From the NCBI GenBank assembly GCA_047631715.1, contig JBLICC010000014.1, positions 1 through 21,172 of the forward strand: a stretch of DNA of 21,172 bases, in the 5' to 3' direction. Within the stretch, counting starts at the first letter, position 1; each line of letters begins with the position of its first letter. The DNA is from Alteromonas naphthalenivorans. GTDB lineage: Bacteria; Babelota; Babeliae; Babelales; CAIQNR01. The notes beneath the pieces are model-generated. The model did not search any database and was not told where the DNA came from. It saw only the letters and a list, made by a program, of their open reading frames with translations. The translations under genes and the position numbers were made by a program. Below, piece by piece: positions 1 to 8,272 of the stretch.

Positions 1-528
1 TATGCAATGCAGATACAAGCGGATGGCAAGATAGTTGTTGCTGGTGTTAGTTATAACAGTACTGATGATGACTTTGCTCTTGCTCGGTACAATGCAGATG
101 GAATTCCTGACAATACTTTTGGTGATAATTCATTAAGTACCAACTGGACCCGTACTGATTTTGGTAATGGAGCTGATATCATTTTTGCAATGCAGATACA
201 AGCAGATGGCAAAATAATAGTGGCTGGTCATAGCCGTAACGGTACTAATTATGACTTTGCTCTTGCTCGATACAATGCAGATGGAATTCCTGATAATACT
301 TTTGATGATAATTCATTAAGTACCAACTGGACCCGTACTGATTTTGATAATGATGACGATGTGATTTATGCAATGCAAATACAAGCAGATGGCAAGATAG
401 TTGTAGCTGGTTATAATTATAGTGGTACTAGTTATGACTTTGCTCTTGCTCGTTATTTAAATGATATTAATTCATTAACTCAACTCAAAAGTGCATACGG
501 TAACACCGGGTTTATTACATCGGCATAA
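1..528 (+). CDS. Delta-60 repeat (beta-propeller-like) protein, 3' part; 5' end lies outside the window
   Basis: Frame is open from position 1. Three units of QADGKIVVAG...DFALARY(NADGIPDNTF), the typical delta-60 motif. Stop TAA at 526-528. Confidence 0.85.
   Translation, partial: YAMQIQADGKIVVAGVSYNSTDDDFALARYNADGIPDNTFGDNSLSTNWTRTDFGNGADIIFAMQIQADGKIIVAGHSRNGTNYDFALARYNADGIPDNTFDDNSLSTNWTRTDFDNDDDVIYAMQIQADGKIVVAGYNYSGTSYDFALARYLNDINSLTQLKSAYGNTGFITSA
7..451 (+). repeat. 183-bp (61-codon) intragenic tandem repeat, about 2.4 copies visible
   Basis: ATGCA(G/A)ATACAAGC(G/A)GATGGCAA starts at 7, 190 and 373. Long near-identical stretches, e.g. GATAATTCATTAAGTACCAACTGGACCCGTACTGATTTTG, occur in units 1 and 2. 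Confidence 0.95.
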
Positions 529-540
529 CTAAATAGTTTT

Positions 541-696
541 TAAGGGTCCCTCGATACAACGTTTATTGCATTCACGCCACTCGGGATGAACCAATTATCT
601 GCTCTTTTATAAAAGTAAGTTATAAAGTTCATCCCGTCCTTCGATACAATTTCTACGAAATAACTCAGGATAAAATCTTGCATCGAGGGATCCTTA
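541..696. repeat. REP/MITE-like palindromic cassette 1 (three repeat units, one nested)
   Basis: Outer inverted repeat TAAGGGTCCCTCGATACAA (541-559) / TTGCATCGAGGGATCCTTA (678-696), 17/19 match. Inner perfect IR CGGGATGAAC (582-591) / GTTCATCCCG (627-636). Extra unit at 637-670. Confidence 0.9.
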
Positions 697-828
697 TAAA
701 AAATATGCAAACTGTTTCTTATTGTACTATGTAAGCGTGTAAGTAAGAGAGCGTGGCGCTTTGTATTTTATAAAACTGTGCCCATTTGAATCATGTTATT
801 TTAGCTTATAATCTTTCTATAAATCTTT

Positions 829-858
829 TTGACAAGGGGGTTAAAAAACTGTTAATGT
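829..858 (+). promoter_or_regulatory. Putative sigma70 promoter for the acylphosphatase-like gene
   Basis: TTGACA (829-834), 18-nt spacer ending in TGn, TAATGT (853-858). Confidence 0.5.
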
Positions 859-905
859 TGGTGCCTAAATATGCAGTTTTATACCTTAAAAAAGGGGAGT
901 TTTGC

Positions 906-1187
906 ATGAACCAGTGCTTACGCATTATGTTCGAAGTTCCAAGTGAGAAAAAAAAGACCATTCGTTCGCTTATCCAGGAAGAAGCAAAAAAATTAATTTT
1001 AGAGGGTACGGTGCGTATAATGCCCGGTTCCAATCTAAAAGTAATTGCTTGTGGAAACAAACATAAAATGGATATGTTCCTTGATGTTGTCCTTAAAGAA
1101 GTTTCCAAAGCTCAGTGTGATGGACTAGAAATTGAACCATTTTTAAAAGATCGTGACTACCGGGGGGTATTCCGAGTTATTGAATAG
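906..1187 (+). CDS. Acylphosphatase-fold protein (93 aa), catalytic residues degenerate
   Basis: ATG 906 follows AAGGGGAG, so it is preferred over TTG 786. Pattern R-x5-A-x2-L-x-L-x-G-x-V-R-x2-P-x5-V-x-A-x-G and the size match AcyP. Confidence 0.7.
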   Translation: MNQCLRIMFEVPSEKKKTIRSLIQEEAKKLILEGTVRIMPGSNLKVIACGNKHKMDMFLDVVLKEVSKAQCDGLEIEPFLKDRDYRGVFRVIE

Positions 1188-1210
1188 GGCAAAAATTATA
1201 AGTGGGGGTG

Positions 1211-1239
1211 TTGCGTTTTTATATGAGATCGAGTAAATT
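1211..1239 (+). promoter_or_regulatory. Putative sigma70 promoter for leader plus ABC operon
   Basis: TTGCGT (1211-1216), 17 nt, TAAATT (1234-1239). Confidence 0.5.
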
Positions 1240-1275
1240 TACTATCTAAGCTACTTTATTAGAAAGGATCCGAAC

Positions 1276-1308
1276 ATGGTAATTGTAATCTCTGCTAAAA
1301 TAACCTGA
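1276..1308 (+). CDS. Candidate leader peptide MVIVISAKIT
   Basis: SD-like GAAAGGA at 1262-1268, ATG 1276, TGA 1306-1308. Its 3' end overlaps a predicted stem-loop. Confidence 0.45.
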   Translation: MVIVISAKIT

Positions 1309-1514
1309 ATCGTACAGCGAAAGGCTGTCCAAGGTTAAGTCGATTTAGAACTTCAGTTCTATTTGTTTTTTTATCAATCTTGGTACTTTTCAGGACTTTC
1401 TCTTTTTCGGGCTTACACAGCTCAAACTTACAAAATTTTAGAATGTTTTAATTTAATTACTACGCGTATTGTCACGTCTATTTGTACGTACGTGTTTTAT
1501 AGGGAGGCTGATCT

Positions 1515-2291
1515 ATGAGCAAAATATTGTTAGACATCAAAGGTGTCACTAAACGTTATCAAAGTAAAAACCTGTCTGTTGAGGCACTCAAGGGCGTTGA
1601 TCTTAAAATCTTTGAAGGAGAAGTTTTTAGCTTGCTCGGTGTAAACGGTGCTGGTAAAACTACATTATCTTCTATTATTGCCACACTTCATCCGGCAACA
1701 TCGGGTGATATTCTAAAAGATGGCATATCTATTTTTGATAATGTTGTTGAATATCGACGAACTATTGGTTTGTGCCCGCAGTCGCCTAATATTGATATGG
1801 GTTTAACACTCGAAGAAAACTTGCGTTATTCCGGACGGTATTATGGTATGGATAGCGAAAAAATAGAAGAACGTATTACGTATCTTATGAAACGATTTGG
1901 TATGGAAAAATATGCAAAATCGCTAGGAGATATTTTATCTGGTGGTTATAAGCAACGGTTTATGATTGCACGTTCATTAATGCATGAGCCAAAGTTGGTA
2001 ATTCTTGATGAACCAACTGTGGGTCTTGATCCACATGTTCGTCGAGATATTTGGGAAGTTATCAAAGACTTAAAGAAAGATGGTACTACGGTTCTTTTAA
2101 CAACTCACTATCTTGATGAGGCTGAAAAGCTTTCTGACAGAGTATGTTTGTTAGATCGTGGTGTTATTCAGTTGATTGATACCCCTGAAAATCTTAAAGC
2201 AGCGCATGGCAAGGCAAATCTTGAAGATGTGTTTGTAAAGTTGATTAAAGAGAGCGAAAAATCTCAAGAAGAAGAAAGCAATAAAAACTAA
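1515..2291 (+). CDS. ABC-2 type exporter ATP-binding subunit (DrrA/NodI-like)
   Basis: Walker A GVNGAGKTT, signature LSGGYKQR, Walker B ILDEPTVGLDP, H-loop TTHY, and RBS GGGAGG. Confidence 0.93.
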   Translation: MSKILLDIKGVTKRYQSKNLSVEALKGVDLKIFEGEVFSLLGVNGAGKTTLSSIIATLHPATSGDILKDGISIFDNVVEYRRTIGLCPQSPNIDMGLTLEENLRYSGRYYGMDSEKIEERITYLMKRFGMEKYAKSLGDILSGGYKQRFMIARSLMHEPKLVILDEPTVGLDPHVRRDIWEVIKDLKKDGTTVLLTTHYLDEAEKLSDRVCLLDRGVIQLIDTPENLKAAHGKANLEDVFVKLIKESEKSQEEESNKN

Positions 2292-2304
2292 GAAAGGGTT
2301 AAGT

Positions 2305-3084
2305 ATGTTATCAAGTATTTCTACCTGTTTTAATTTGGTTCGAAGAGACATGCATGTCTTTTGGCCAACATTTTTTGATCGATTTATTAATGGTACCATT
2401 TGGGTGGTATTAACGGTTGTTATTTTTCAATACGTGTTTCCTCAAATGGGAATGTCTGAAGACTATGCGGTGTTTATGGCGTGTGCCAACTGTATGACGT
2501 GGGGATTTTTTGAAGTGATGGGAAACGTCGCAATATTGGTGAGCGATTTAACAGGGCCACGTTCTATTGACTATGATCTTACATTACCATTGCCGCAATG
2601 GTTGGTGTTTACTCGTCTTGCAATTTCTAATGCGCTTCAAGCAATGGCTATTGCATTGTTTATTTTACCTATTTCAAAGCTGGTATTATGGCAACAATTT
2701 AGTTTCGCAACAATATCGTTTGGTAAGTTTTCAGTTATTTTTGTCTTAGGAAATATATTTTACGGATTCTTTTCTTTGTGGCTAGCAAGTATCACCAAGA
2801 ATATGGATGCTATTACAAATGTTTGGATGCGTGTGGTATTCCCTCTTTGGTGGGTTGGTGGCTACCAATTTAGTTGGGGAACTATGAACAAGATGGCTCC
2901 ATGGTTTGCCAAACTTACTTTGCTCAATCCATTGGTCTATGCATTTGAAGGCATTAGAGCTTCGATTCTTGGACAAGGAGAGTTTATTAATGTTTGGCAT
3001 TGCGCAGGAGCACTGATTATAGCTTCTATAATTGTTGGCTATATTGGTACCAAAAAGATGATGGCACGCTTGGATTGTGTATAG
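2305..3084 (+). CDS. ABC-2 type transporter permease
   Basis: About 6 hydrophobic segments, LNPLVYAFEGIR motif, directly after the ATPase. Confidence 0.88.
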   Translation: MLSSISTCFNLVRRDMHVFWPTFFDRFINGTIWVVLTVVIFQYVFPQMGMSEDYAVFMACANCMTWGFFEVMGNVAILVSDLTGPRSIDYDLTLPLPQWLVFTRLAISNALQAMAIALFILPISKLVLWQQFSFATISFGKFSVIFVLGNIFYGFFSLWLASITKNMDAITNVWMRVVFPLWWVGGYQFSWGTMNKMAPWFAKLTLLNPLVYAFEGIRASILGQGEFINVWHCAGALIIASIIVGYIGTKKMMARLDCV

Positions 3085-3877
3085 GATGACATATACAATT
3101 ATTGCAGGTGCAAGAGTATTTTATTATTTGATTCAAAGAGATTTAAAGAATTTTTTACCAAATTTGATTACAAAAGTTATTAATGGATCTCTTTGGATTT
3201 TTTTAACAGCCTTTGTGGCGCAACATATACTTACTCTTGAGGGTATGCCAAAAACTTTTGGATTACTTGTTATGTGCGCTAATATTATGAGTTGGGGTAT
3301 GTTTGAAATGCGAGGGCAAGTTAATAAATTGATGGCCGATATTAAAGGTTTTCGAACTCTTAATTATTTTCTTACTTTGCCATTACCGCAATGGCTTATT
3401 TTTGTAGCCCTTGCTTGTGCGGCTAGCTTGCGTTCAATAATCGTTGCTGTATGTATATTTCCTGTTGCAAAGATACTATTTTGGAATGAATTGACTCTTT
3501 TATCTGTTGCATGGGGAAAATTTTTTGCAATTTTTATAGTAGGTAATTTTATGTATGGATTTGTAGGATTATGGCTCTTGAGTCTAGCAAAAGATATGGG
3601 AACAGTATCTAATATTTGGATGCGAATTGTATTTCCATTGTGGTTAGGTGGAGGATATCAATTTACTTGGTCAATGCTTAAAGCGGCTTCTCCAGTTGCT
3701 GCTTATGTTTCTCTTTTAAATCCTCTTGTTTATGCGTATGAAGGAGTTCGGGGAGCAGTATTAGGTTCTGAAGGGTATATTAATTTTTGGTATTGTTTAG
3801 GTGCGATTATCGTATTTACACTATTGAGTGGATATTTTGGTATTAAGCGATTAATGAACCAATTAGATTGTTTATAA
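3077..3877 (+). CDS. ABC-2 type transporter permease, paralog of the upstream permease (start GTG 3077 or ATG 3086)
   Basis: Shares LTLPLPQWL, WMRxVFPLW, GGYQFxW, LLNPLVYAxEGxR and C-terminal LDC with the preceding gene. Confidence 0.88.
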   Translation: MYRMTYTIIAGARVFYYLIQRDLKNFLPNLITKVINGSLWIFLTAFVAQHILTLEGMPKTFGLLVMCANIMSWGMFEMRGQVNKLMADIKGFRTLNYFLTLPLPQWLIFVALACAASLRSIIVAVCIFPVAKILFWNELTLLSVAWGKFFAIFIVGNFMYGFVGLWLLSLAKDMGTVSNIWMRIVFPLWLGGGYQFTWSMLKAASPVAAYVSLLNPLVYAYEGVRGAVLGSEGYINFWYCLGAIIVFTLLSGYFGIKRLMNQLDCL

Positions 3878-3887
3878 TAGTTTAACG

Positions 3888-4032
3888 AGCCCTCGATACA
3901 AGTCCTCTAAGGTGTCTCTCGATACAACCGCTTTCGGCGCCCACTCGAGATGAGCTTTATACTCTATTATTGCAATGATGAAATTAATTTGTTCATCACG
4001 AGTGATTTCGTAGAAATTGTATCGAGGGACTC
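3888..4032. repeat. REP/MITE-like palindromic cassette 2 between convergent genes
   Basis: Partial unit 3888-3901, full + unit 3914-3955, full - unit 3991-4030. GTCTCTCGATACAA pairs with TTGTATCGAGGGAC, and CACTCGAGATGAGC pairs with GTTCATCACGAGTG. Confidence 0.9.
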
Positions 4033-4049
4033 ATTTAAGTTTTTAAAAT

Positions 4050-4799
4050 CTACCTTCTATTAGAATAGGCATGAGCAATATTAATTGCTGCGCCTGCAAG
4101 ATCAACTTTAAACTGGTTGTCTTGAGTTGTATGTATATTGTTCATAGTTTGCGCATTGCATTCTTGTAACCAGCGAGCATCTTGTTTAACAACGAGCATA
4201 GCGGTATCAACTTTTTTAAGGTTGCTTACTAGTGCAGCTCTAATACTATCAAAATTACGCTTTGGTCGTTTGGTATTAAATCGTGTGGTAATGTCTAAAA
4301 GATGTGTAAGAGCGTTGCGTAAAGTAGTAAGTTGCACAAAAGAAGCTGCTCGTGGAAAACGTTCTACAACATATTTTGCATCAAGATTATTTAAAACTTC
4401 TTCGTTTGTTTCGCTTGTAAGTACGAGATCAAGAAGGCCATTTTCGTTTGCTCTTTGAGCTGATACTTCTGGTTTAAATTCACCAGCTAGCCAAGTTGCA
4501 ACAAATCCTGTTACCACAGGAGTAGTAACACACTGTGCTTTAGTCCAGTCTTTGATATTTAACAAATTTATTGGTTCATAGTTTGGATAAAAAATATTTT
4601 CAATTGCGCGTGTAAGAATAAAAGTATATGCGCCAGCAATAAGGCCGATAGATGCTGCTCCTGCTTGAGATCCAAGAGGTAAGTCGATAAACGAAGTATC
4701 GTAATTTTCCGCAACAAGATTAAGACTGTTAGTGTCTTCTGCTTGTAATGTTTGTTGCGAACAGGCAAAAATAAGAGTTGCGAGTAGTATTTTTTTCAT
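4050..4799 (-). CDS. Hypothetical exported/membrane protein
   Basis: 249-aa ORF with signal peptide MKKILLATLIFACSQQTLQA, two weakly hydrophobic segments and RBS AAGGGA. No family recognised. Confidence 0.75.
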   Translation of the reverse strand: MKKILLATLIFACSQQTLQAEDTNSLNLVAENYDTSFIDLPLGSQAGAASIGLIAGAYTFILTRAIENIFYPNYEPINLLNIKDWTKAQCVTTPVVTGFVATWLAGEFKPEVSAQRANENGLLDLVLTSETNEEVLNNLDAKYVVERFPRAASFVQLTTLRNALTHLLDITTRFNTKRPKRNFDSIRAALVSNLKKVDTAMLVVKQDARWLQECNAQTMNNIHTTQDNQFKVDLAGAAINIAHAYSNRR

Positions 4800-4842
4800 A
4801 CTGGTTCCCTTGATAGTTTGAGAGTAAAAAAAGTTGGATGTT

Positions 4843-4871
4843 ACTATAGCATCGATAATTTTAACTGTAAA
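4843..4871 (-). promoter_or_regulatory. Putative sigma70 promoter for 4050-4799
   Basis: Minus strand TTTACA, 17 nt ending in TGC, TATAGT. Confidence 0.5.
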
Positions 4872-4918
4872 TAATGGTTAGATGGTTGCTTTCGTGATAC
4901 ACTTCCGCACAAGTTTGA

Positions 4919-7519
4919 TTGTTAATATATGGAACAATAATGCGTACAAGTATAAAACTGTTTATTTTTAGTTGTGTAATGTGGAGTGCGCATGCTCTAC
5001 AAGACATTGACTGGACACTCCGGGCATTGCGTATTCAGGGGGTTTCGTTTGGTAAGCAAAGTTATTATCCATTATATGAGATAGCCAATGGAGATGTTTT
5101 TTCTTATGAACGGCACAAAGAATCTGTTGTAGCTCTTGAACGTGCTTTAAAAACAGAAGGATATTTAGTTGCTCAAGTACATTCTTATTTTAAGTATTAT
5201 AATGATAAAAAAGTACTCGATGTTATTTTAACGATTGACAAAAATCAGTTATTTAAAGTTTCTGAGGTATTTATAAAAGTATTGCCTTCTGAGTTACTAA
5301 CTCCTTTGCAATCAGAGCAGTTGATGGTTCTTATTAAGCATCAATTTATAGATGCATTAAAAAACAAATCTTACACTAATGAGTTGGTAAATCAAAAAGT
5401 AAAAGCTATTAAATTATTTTTAGAGCAACGAGGACTTACATCGAGTCATGTTGAATTACACGAATCTATCAACAGGCAATCGTTTGAGGTAGTGCTTGAT
5501 TTTTCTATTGATTTAGAAAGAAGTCGATCATTTGAGTTTTTTGGTAACCACTATTTTTCTGCAAAAGATTTAATGCGTATCGTGGCCCATTTTGGTAAAG
5601 ATGCAGGAATGTTGCCGGCAGAGATTTTGGCGCAAGAAGTATTGTCTGAGTATCATAAGAAGGGTTTTTGGAATGCTGCTGTAACCACAACAACCGAAGG
5701 ACAAAAAGATTATTTTGTTATTCACGAGGGGTTGCGGGCCTGTATTAAAAAGGTGATGCTTAAAGGAGTAGAGACGTATCAAAAAGAATGGCTTGAGAAA
5801 AAATTTTTATCTACACTAAAAACAAAACAGTATGATGTAGATAAAGAAAAAAAAGTTTTGAATGGTTTGATAGAGTGGTATCAAGAGCAAGGGTTTTGGG
5901 ATGCTCGTATTTTGCAAAGAAAAAATACGTGTATAAAGGATCAATCTTATACGCTCGAAGTTGTTCTCGATGAAGGAGTTCAGCGTTTTATTAAATCTGT
6001 ACATGTTCGTGATTATCCAGATGTTATGAAGCATCATAGTTTTGCTTATATCAATTATAATAAATATAAAAAAATACCATTTTCACCAGTTATTCTTGCA
6101 GAGCAAAAAGCATACTTAACTAAAATAGTACGATCTCGCGGGTATTTGCATGCTGTTATTGAATACGCATTAGAACAAAAAAAAGATGGGTGGCATGTTG
6201 TCTGGACTCTTAATTATGGTCAGCAAGTAACTTTTGGTAACACAACTATTTGTGGTTATACCAAGGTTCCTCTTTCTTTATTAAAAAAACAATTAGATTA
6301 CCAACCAGGTCAAGTTTGGAGTAAAGAGAAGTTACAGAATACGGTGACACGATTTCGATCATTAGATATTTTTGAGCGAGTACATGTGCGTCCTGTCTAC
6401 ACGCAACATAAGGGCAGCGCACGTGATATTGTAATCACGGTACAAGAGGATGATCCTTTTGAAGTAAAAGTACGCTTGGGATATCAGCAAGTGAGTAAAA
6501 GTTTTGCATTTAAAAAAGAGTCATCGTATCGTGCTGGAGCAATTTGTTTATGGAGAAATCCATTTAAAAAAGCAGATTTATTTTTATTAGATCTTTCATT
6601 TACACGGTTCGATCGCCTTGCTTCTGGAATATATAAAATACCGGTTTCTTTTTTTGTTCCTTGTATGGCAACCATTAAGGGTTATACAAAAAAATATACG
6701 CAGCCTGTATCTGTGGGTTCTCAAAAAACATTGTACGAAACCGATCAAGATGGTTTTTCTATTGGTTTAAGTTCTCATAATAAGCATTTTGATGCGGGGT
6801 GTACGGTTGGCTTGGAGTGGGCAAAAACAAAAAATGTATCTGCTCAATTAGCAAAAGCTATGCGCTTTGAGGCAGACTTGATTGACAAGCGTATTTCTTA
6901 TTTTGTTATTCAGCCAACACTCTATCTTGATTTTCTTAACGATAAACTTAATCCTACCCAAGGCATCTTTGCTTCCCTTTCGCTTAAGGGGATGATGCCG
7001 TTTGAAGAAAGTTCGTATTTAATTAAATTTTTTGCAGAAGAAGGAGTTTTTGTCCCAATGGGTGTATGTACTTTTGCGGGGCGGGTACGCTTTGGTCATA
7101 TTTTTAGAAAAAGCTTTACTGCCATCATGCCACCAGAACGTTTTTATTTGGGGGGGGCACACTCCTTGCGAGGCTATCAAACAGATAAATGCCCACCTCT
7201 CGGTAGTTTTGTGGATGAGGTAGGTCTTACTCAATGGGTACCCCAAGGAGGAAAGTCGATGGTTAATATTAATCTTGAATTGCGTATTCCATTACATAGG
7301 CGAGTGATTCAGGGAGTTGTTTTCCAGGATTTCGGTGCACTGGAAGAAGACGTTCATGTACTCTTTGAGCCTAAAAAACCGTTAGCAGCAACAGGGTTTG
7401 GGTTAAGATACGCAACCCCTATTGGTCCACTTCGATTTGATATTGGGTGGAAATGGAATAAGCAAACTCCCGAAGAAAGTTCATATGCCTGGTTTTTGAC
7501 CTTTGGACATGCTTTTTAA
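4919..7519 (+). CDS. Omp85-family outer membrane protein (BamA/TamA-like); likely start ATG 4940
   Basis: Signal-like N-terminus and POTRA-like repeats (e.g. QEQGFWDARI, RSRGYLHAVI). Barrel motifs RFYLGGAHSLRGY and GFGLRYATPIGPLRFDIG, C-terminal beta-signal WFLTFGHAF. Confidence 0.9.
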   Translation: MLIYGTIMRTSIKLFIFSCVMWSAHALQDIDWTLRALRIQGVSFGKQSYYPLYEIANGDVFSYERHKESVVALERALKTEGYLVAQVHSYFKYYNDKKVLDVILTIDKNQLFKVSEVFIKVLPSELLTPLQSEQLMVLIKHQFIDALKNKSYTNELVNQKVKAIKLFLEQRGLTSSHVELHESINRQSFEVVLDFSIDLERSRSFEFFGNHYFSAKDLMRIVAHFGKDAGMLPAEILAQEVLSEYHKKGFWNAAVTTTTEGQKDYFVIHEGLRACIKKVMLKGVETYQKEWLEKKFLSTLKTKQYDVDKEKKVLNGLIEWYQEQGFWDARILQRKNTCIKDQSYTLEVVLDEGVQRFIKSVHVRDYPDVMKHHSFAYINYNKYKKIPFSPVILAEQKAYLTKIVRSRGYLHAVIEYALEQKKDGWHVVWTLNYGQQVTFGNTTICGYTKVPLSLLKKQLDYQPGQVWSKEKLQNTVTRFRSLDIFERVHVRPVYTQHKGSARDIVITVQEDDPFEVKVRLGYQQVSKSFAFKKESSYRAGAICLWRNPFKKADLFLLDLSFTRFDRLASGIYKIPVSFFVPCMATIKGYTKKYTQPVSVGSQKTLYETDQDGFSIGLSSHNKHFDAGCTVGLEWAKTKNVSAQLAKAMRFEADLIDKRISYFVIQPTLYLDFLNDKLNPTQGIFASLSLKGMMPFEESSYLIKFFAEEGVFVPMGVCTFAGRVRFGHIFRKSFTAIMPPERFYLGGAHSLRGYQTDKCPPLGSFVDEVGLTQWVPQGGKSMVNINLELRIPLHRRVIQGVVFQDFGALEEDVHVLFEPKKPLAATGFGLRYATPIGPLRFDIGWKWNKQTPEESSYAWFLTFGHAF

Positions 7520-7532
7520 TGGTACAAAATCT

Positions 7533-7561
7533 TTGCTTTCGGGGTCAAAAGGAGCTATATT
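7533..7561 (+). promoter_or_regulatory. Putative sigma70 promoter for the membrane protein-potABCD operon
   Basis: TTGCTT (7533-7538), 17 nt, TATATT (7556-7561). Confidence 0.45.
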
Positions 7562-7603
7562 CAGGTTTATTAAAGAAAGAAAACCTTTAACTAGAGGGGC
7601 TTT

Positions 7604-8272
7604 ATGAAAACAGCCACAGATAAAAATTTTATGGATATGGTCAATCATGAGATGATTTGTCATTTTCCTTATGCCGTATTATCGGTTGCGTTAAGTATGA
7701 TCGCAGCAGGAATTTTAGGCTATTCATCGGTTGATCCTATTCCTGGAGTAGTTGATAAAGGAGCTATGGTATTGTTTCATAGTTGCCATTTTTTACATAT
7801 TGTATTTGCAGCCACCGGTGCAGTTCTTACATTTTTTAGATATTCTAATGAAGTACTTAAAGGTCTTATAGTTGGAGCAGTTTCAGCCATAGTATTTTGT
7901 ATTTTATCCGATGTTATTTTGCCTTATTTAGTTGGTGAAATGATGGGTATACCAATGGAGCTACATATTTGCTTTCTTTCTGAGTTAAGTAATGTTTTAC
8001 CATTCTTGCTCGTTGGTGTATTTAATGGTTGGTTATTGAGCCAGAATAAATCAGGACAACAAAGTTTCTTTTCTATCTGGTCTCATTTTGCACATATTTT
8101 TGTAAGTGCTTTGGCTTCCATGTTATATACCATTTCTCATGGTATGCATGATTGGTACAATTATATGGGTATTTTGTTTATATTACTTATTGTTGCAGTT
8201 GTAATTCCATGTACATTATCTGATGTTGTGGTGCCTGCTTATTTTGCTCGTATGGGTAGAAAACAAAAATGA
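7604..8272 (+). CDS. Uncharacterised polytopic membrane protein with duplicated HxxH and CxLSDxxxP motifs
   Basis: About 6 TM segments. HFLHIVFAA..CILSDVILP and HFAHIFVSA..CTLSDVVVP. RBS GAGGGG. ATGA overlap with potA. Confidence 0.8.
   Translation: MKTATDKNFMDMVNHEMICHFPYAVLSVALSMIAAGILGYSSVDPIPGVVDKGAMVLFHSCHFLHIVFAATGAVLTFFRYSNEVLKGLIVGAVSAIVFCILSDVILPYLVGEMMGIPMELHICFLSELSNVLPFLLVGVFNGWLLSQNKSGQQSFFSIWSHFAHIFVSALASMLYTISHGMHDWYNYMGILFILLIVAVVIPCTLSDVVVPAYFARMGRKQK

Noticed and set aside
786..905. TTG start extending the acylphosphatase-like ORF to 133 aa
   Set aside because: The extension contains a promoter-like sequence and the RBS for ATG 906; the fold starts at 906.
1459..1494. ACGCGT/TACGTACGT short palindromes before the ABC ATPase RBS
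   Set aside because: Short and not repeated elsewhere in the window; cannot be distinguished from chance.
4919..7519. Assigning the symbol bamA or tamA
   Set aside because: The Omp85 family is clear, but the subfamily cannot be resolved by eye; no tamB, skp or lpx neighbours.
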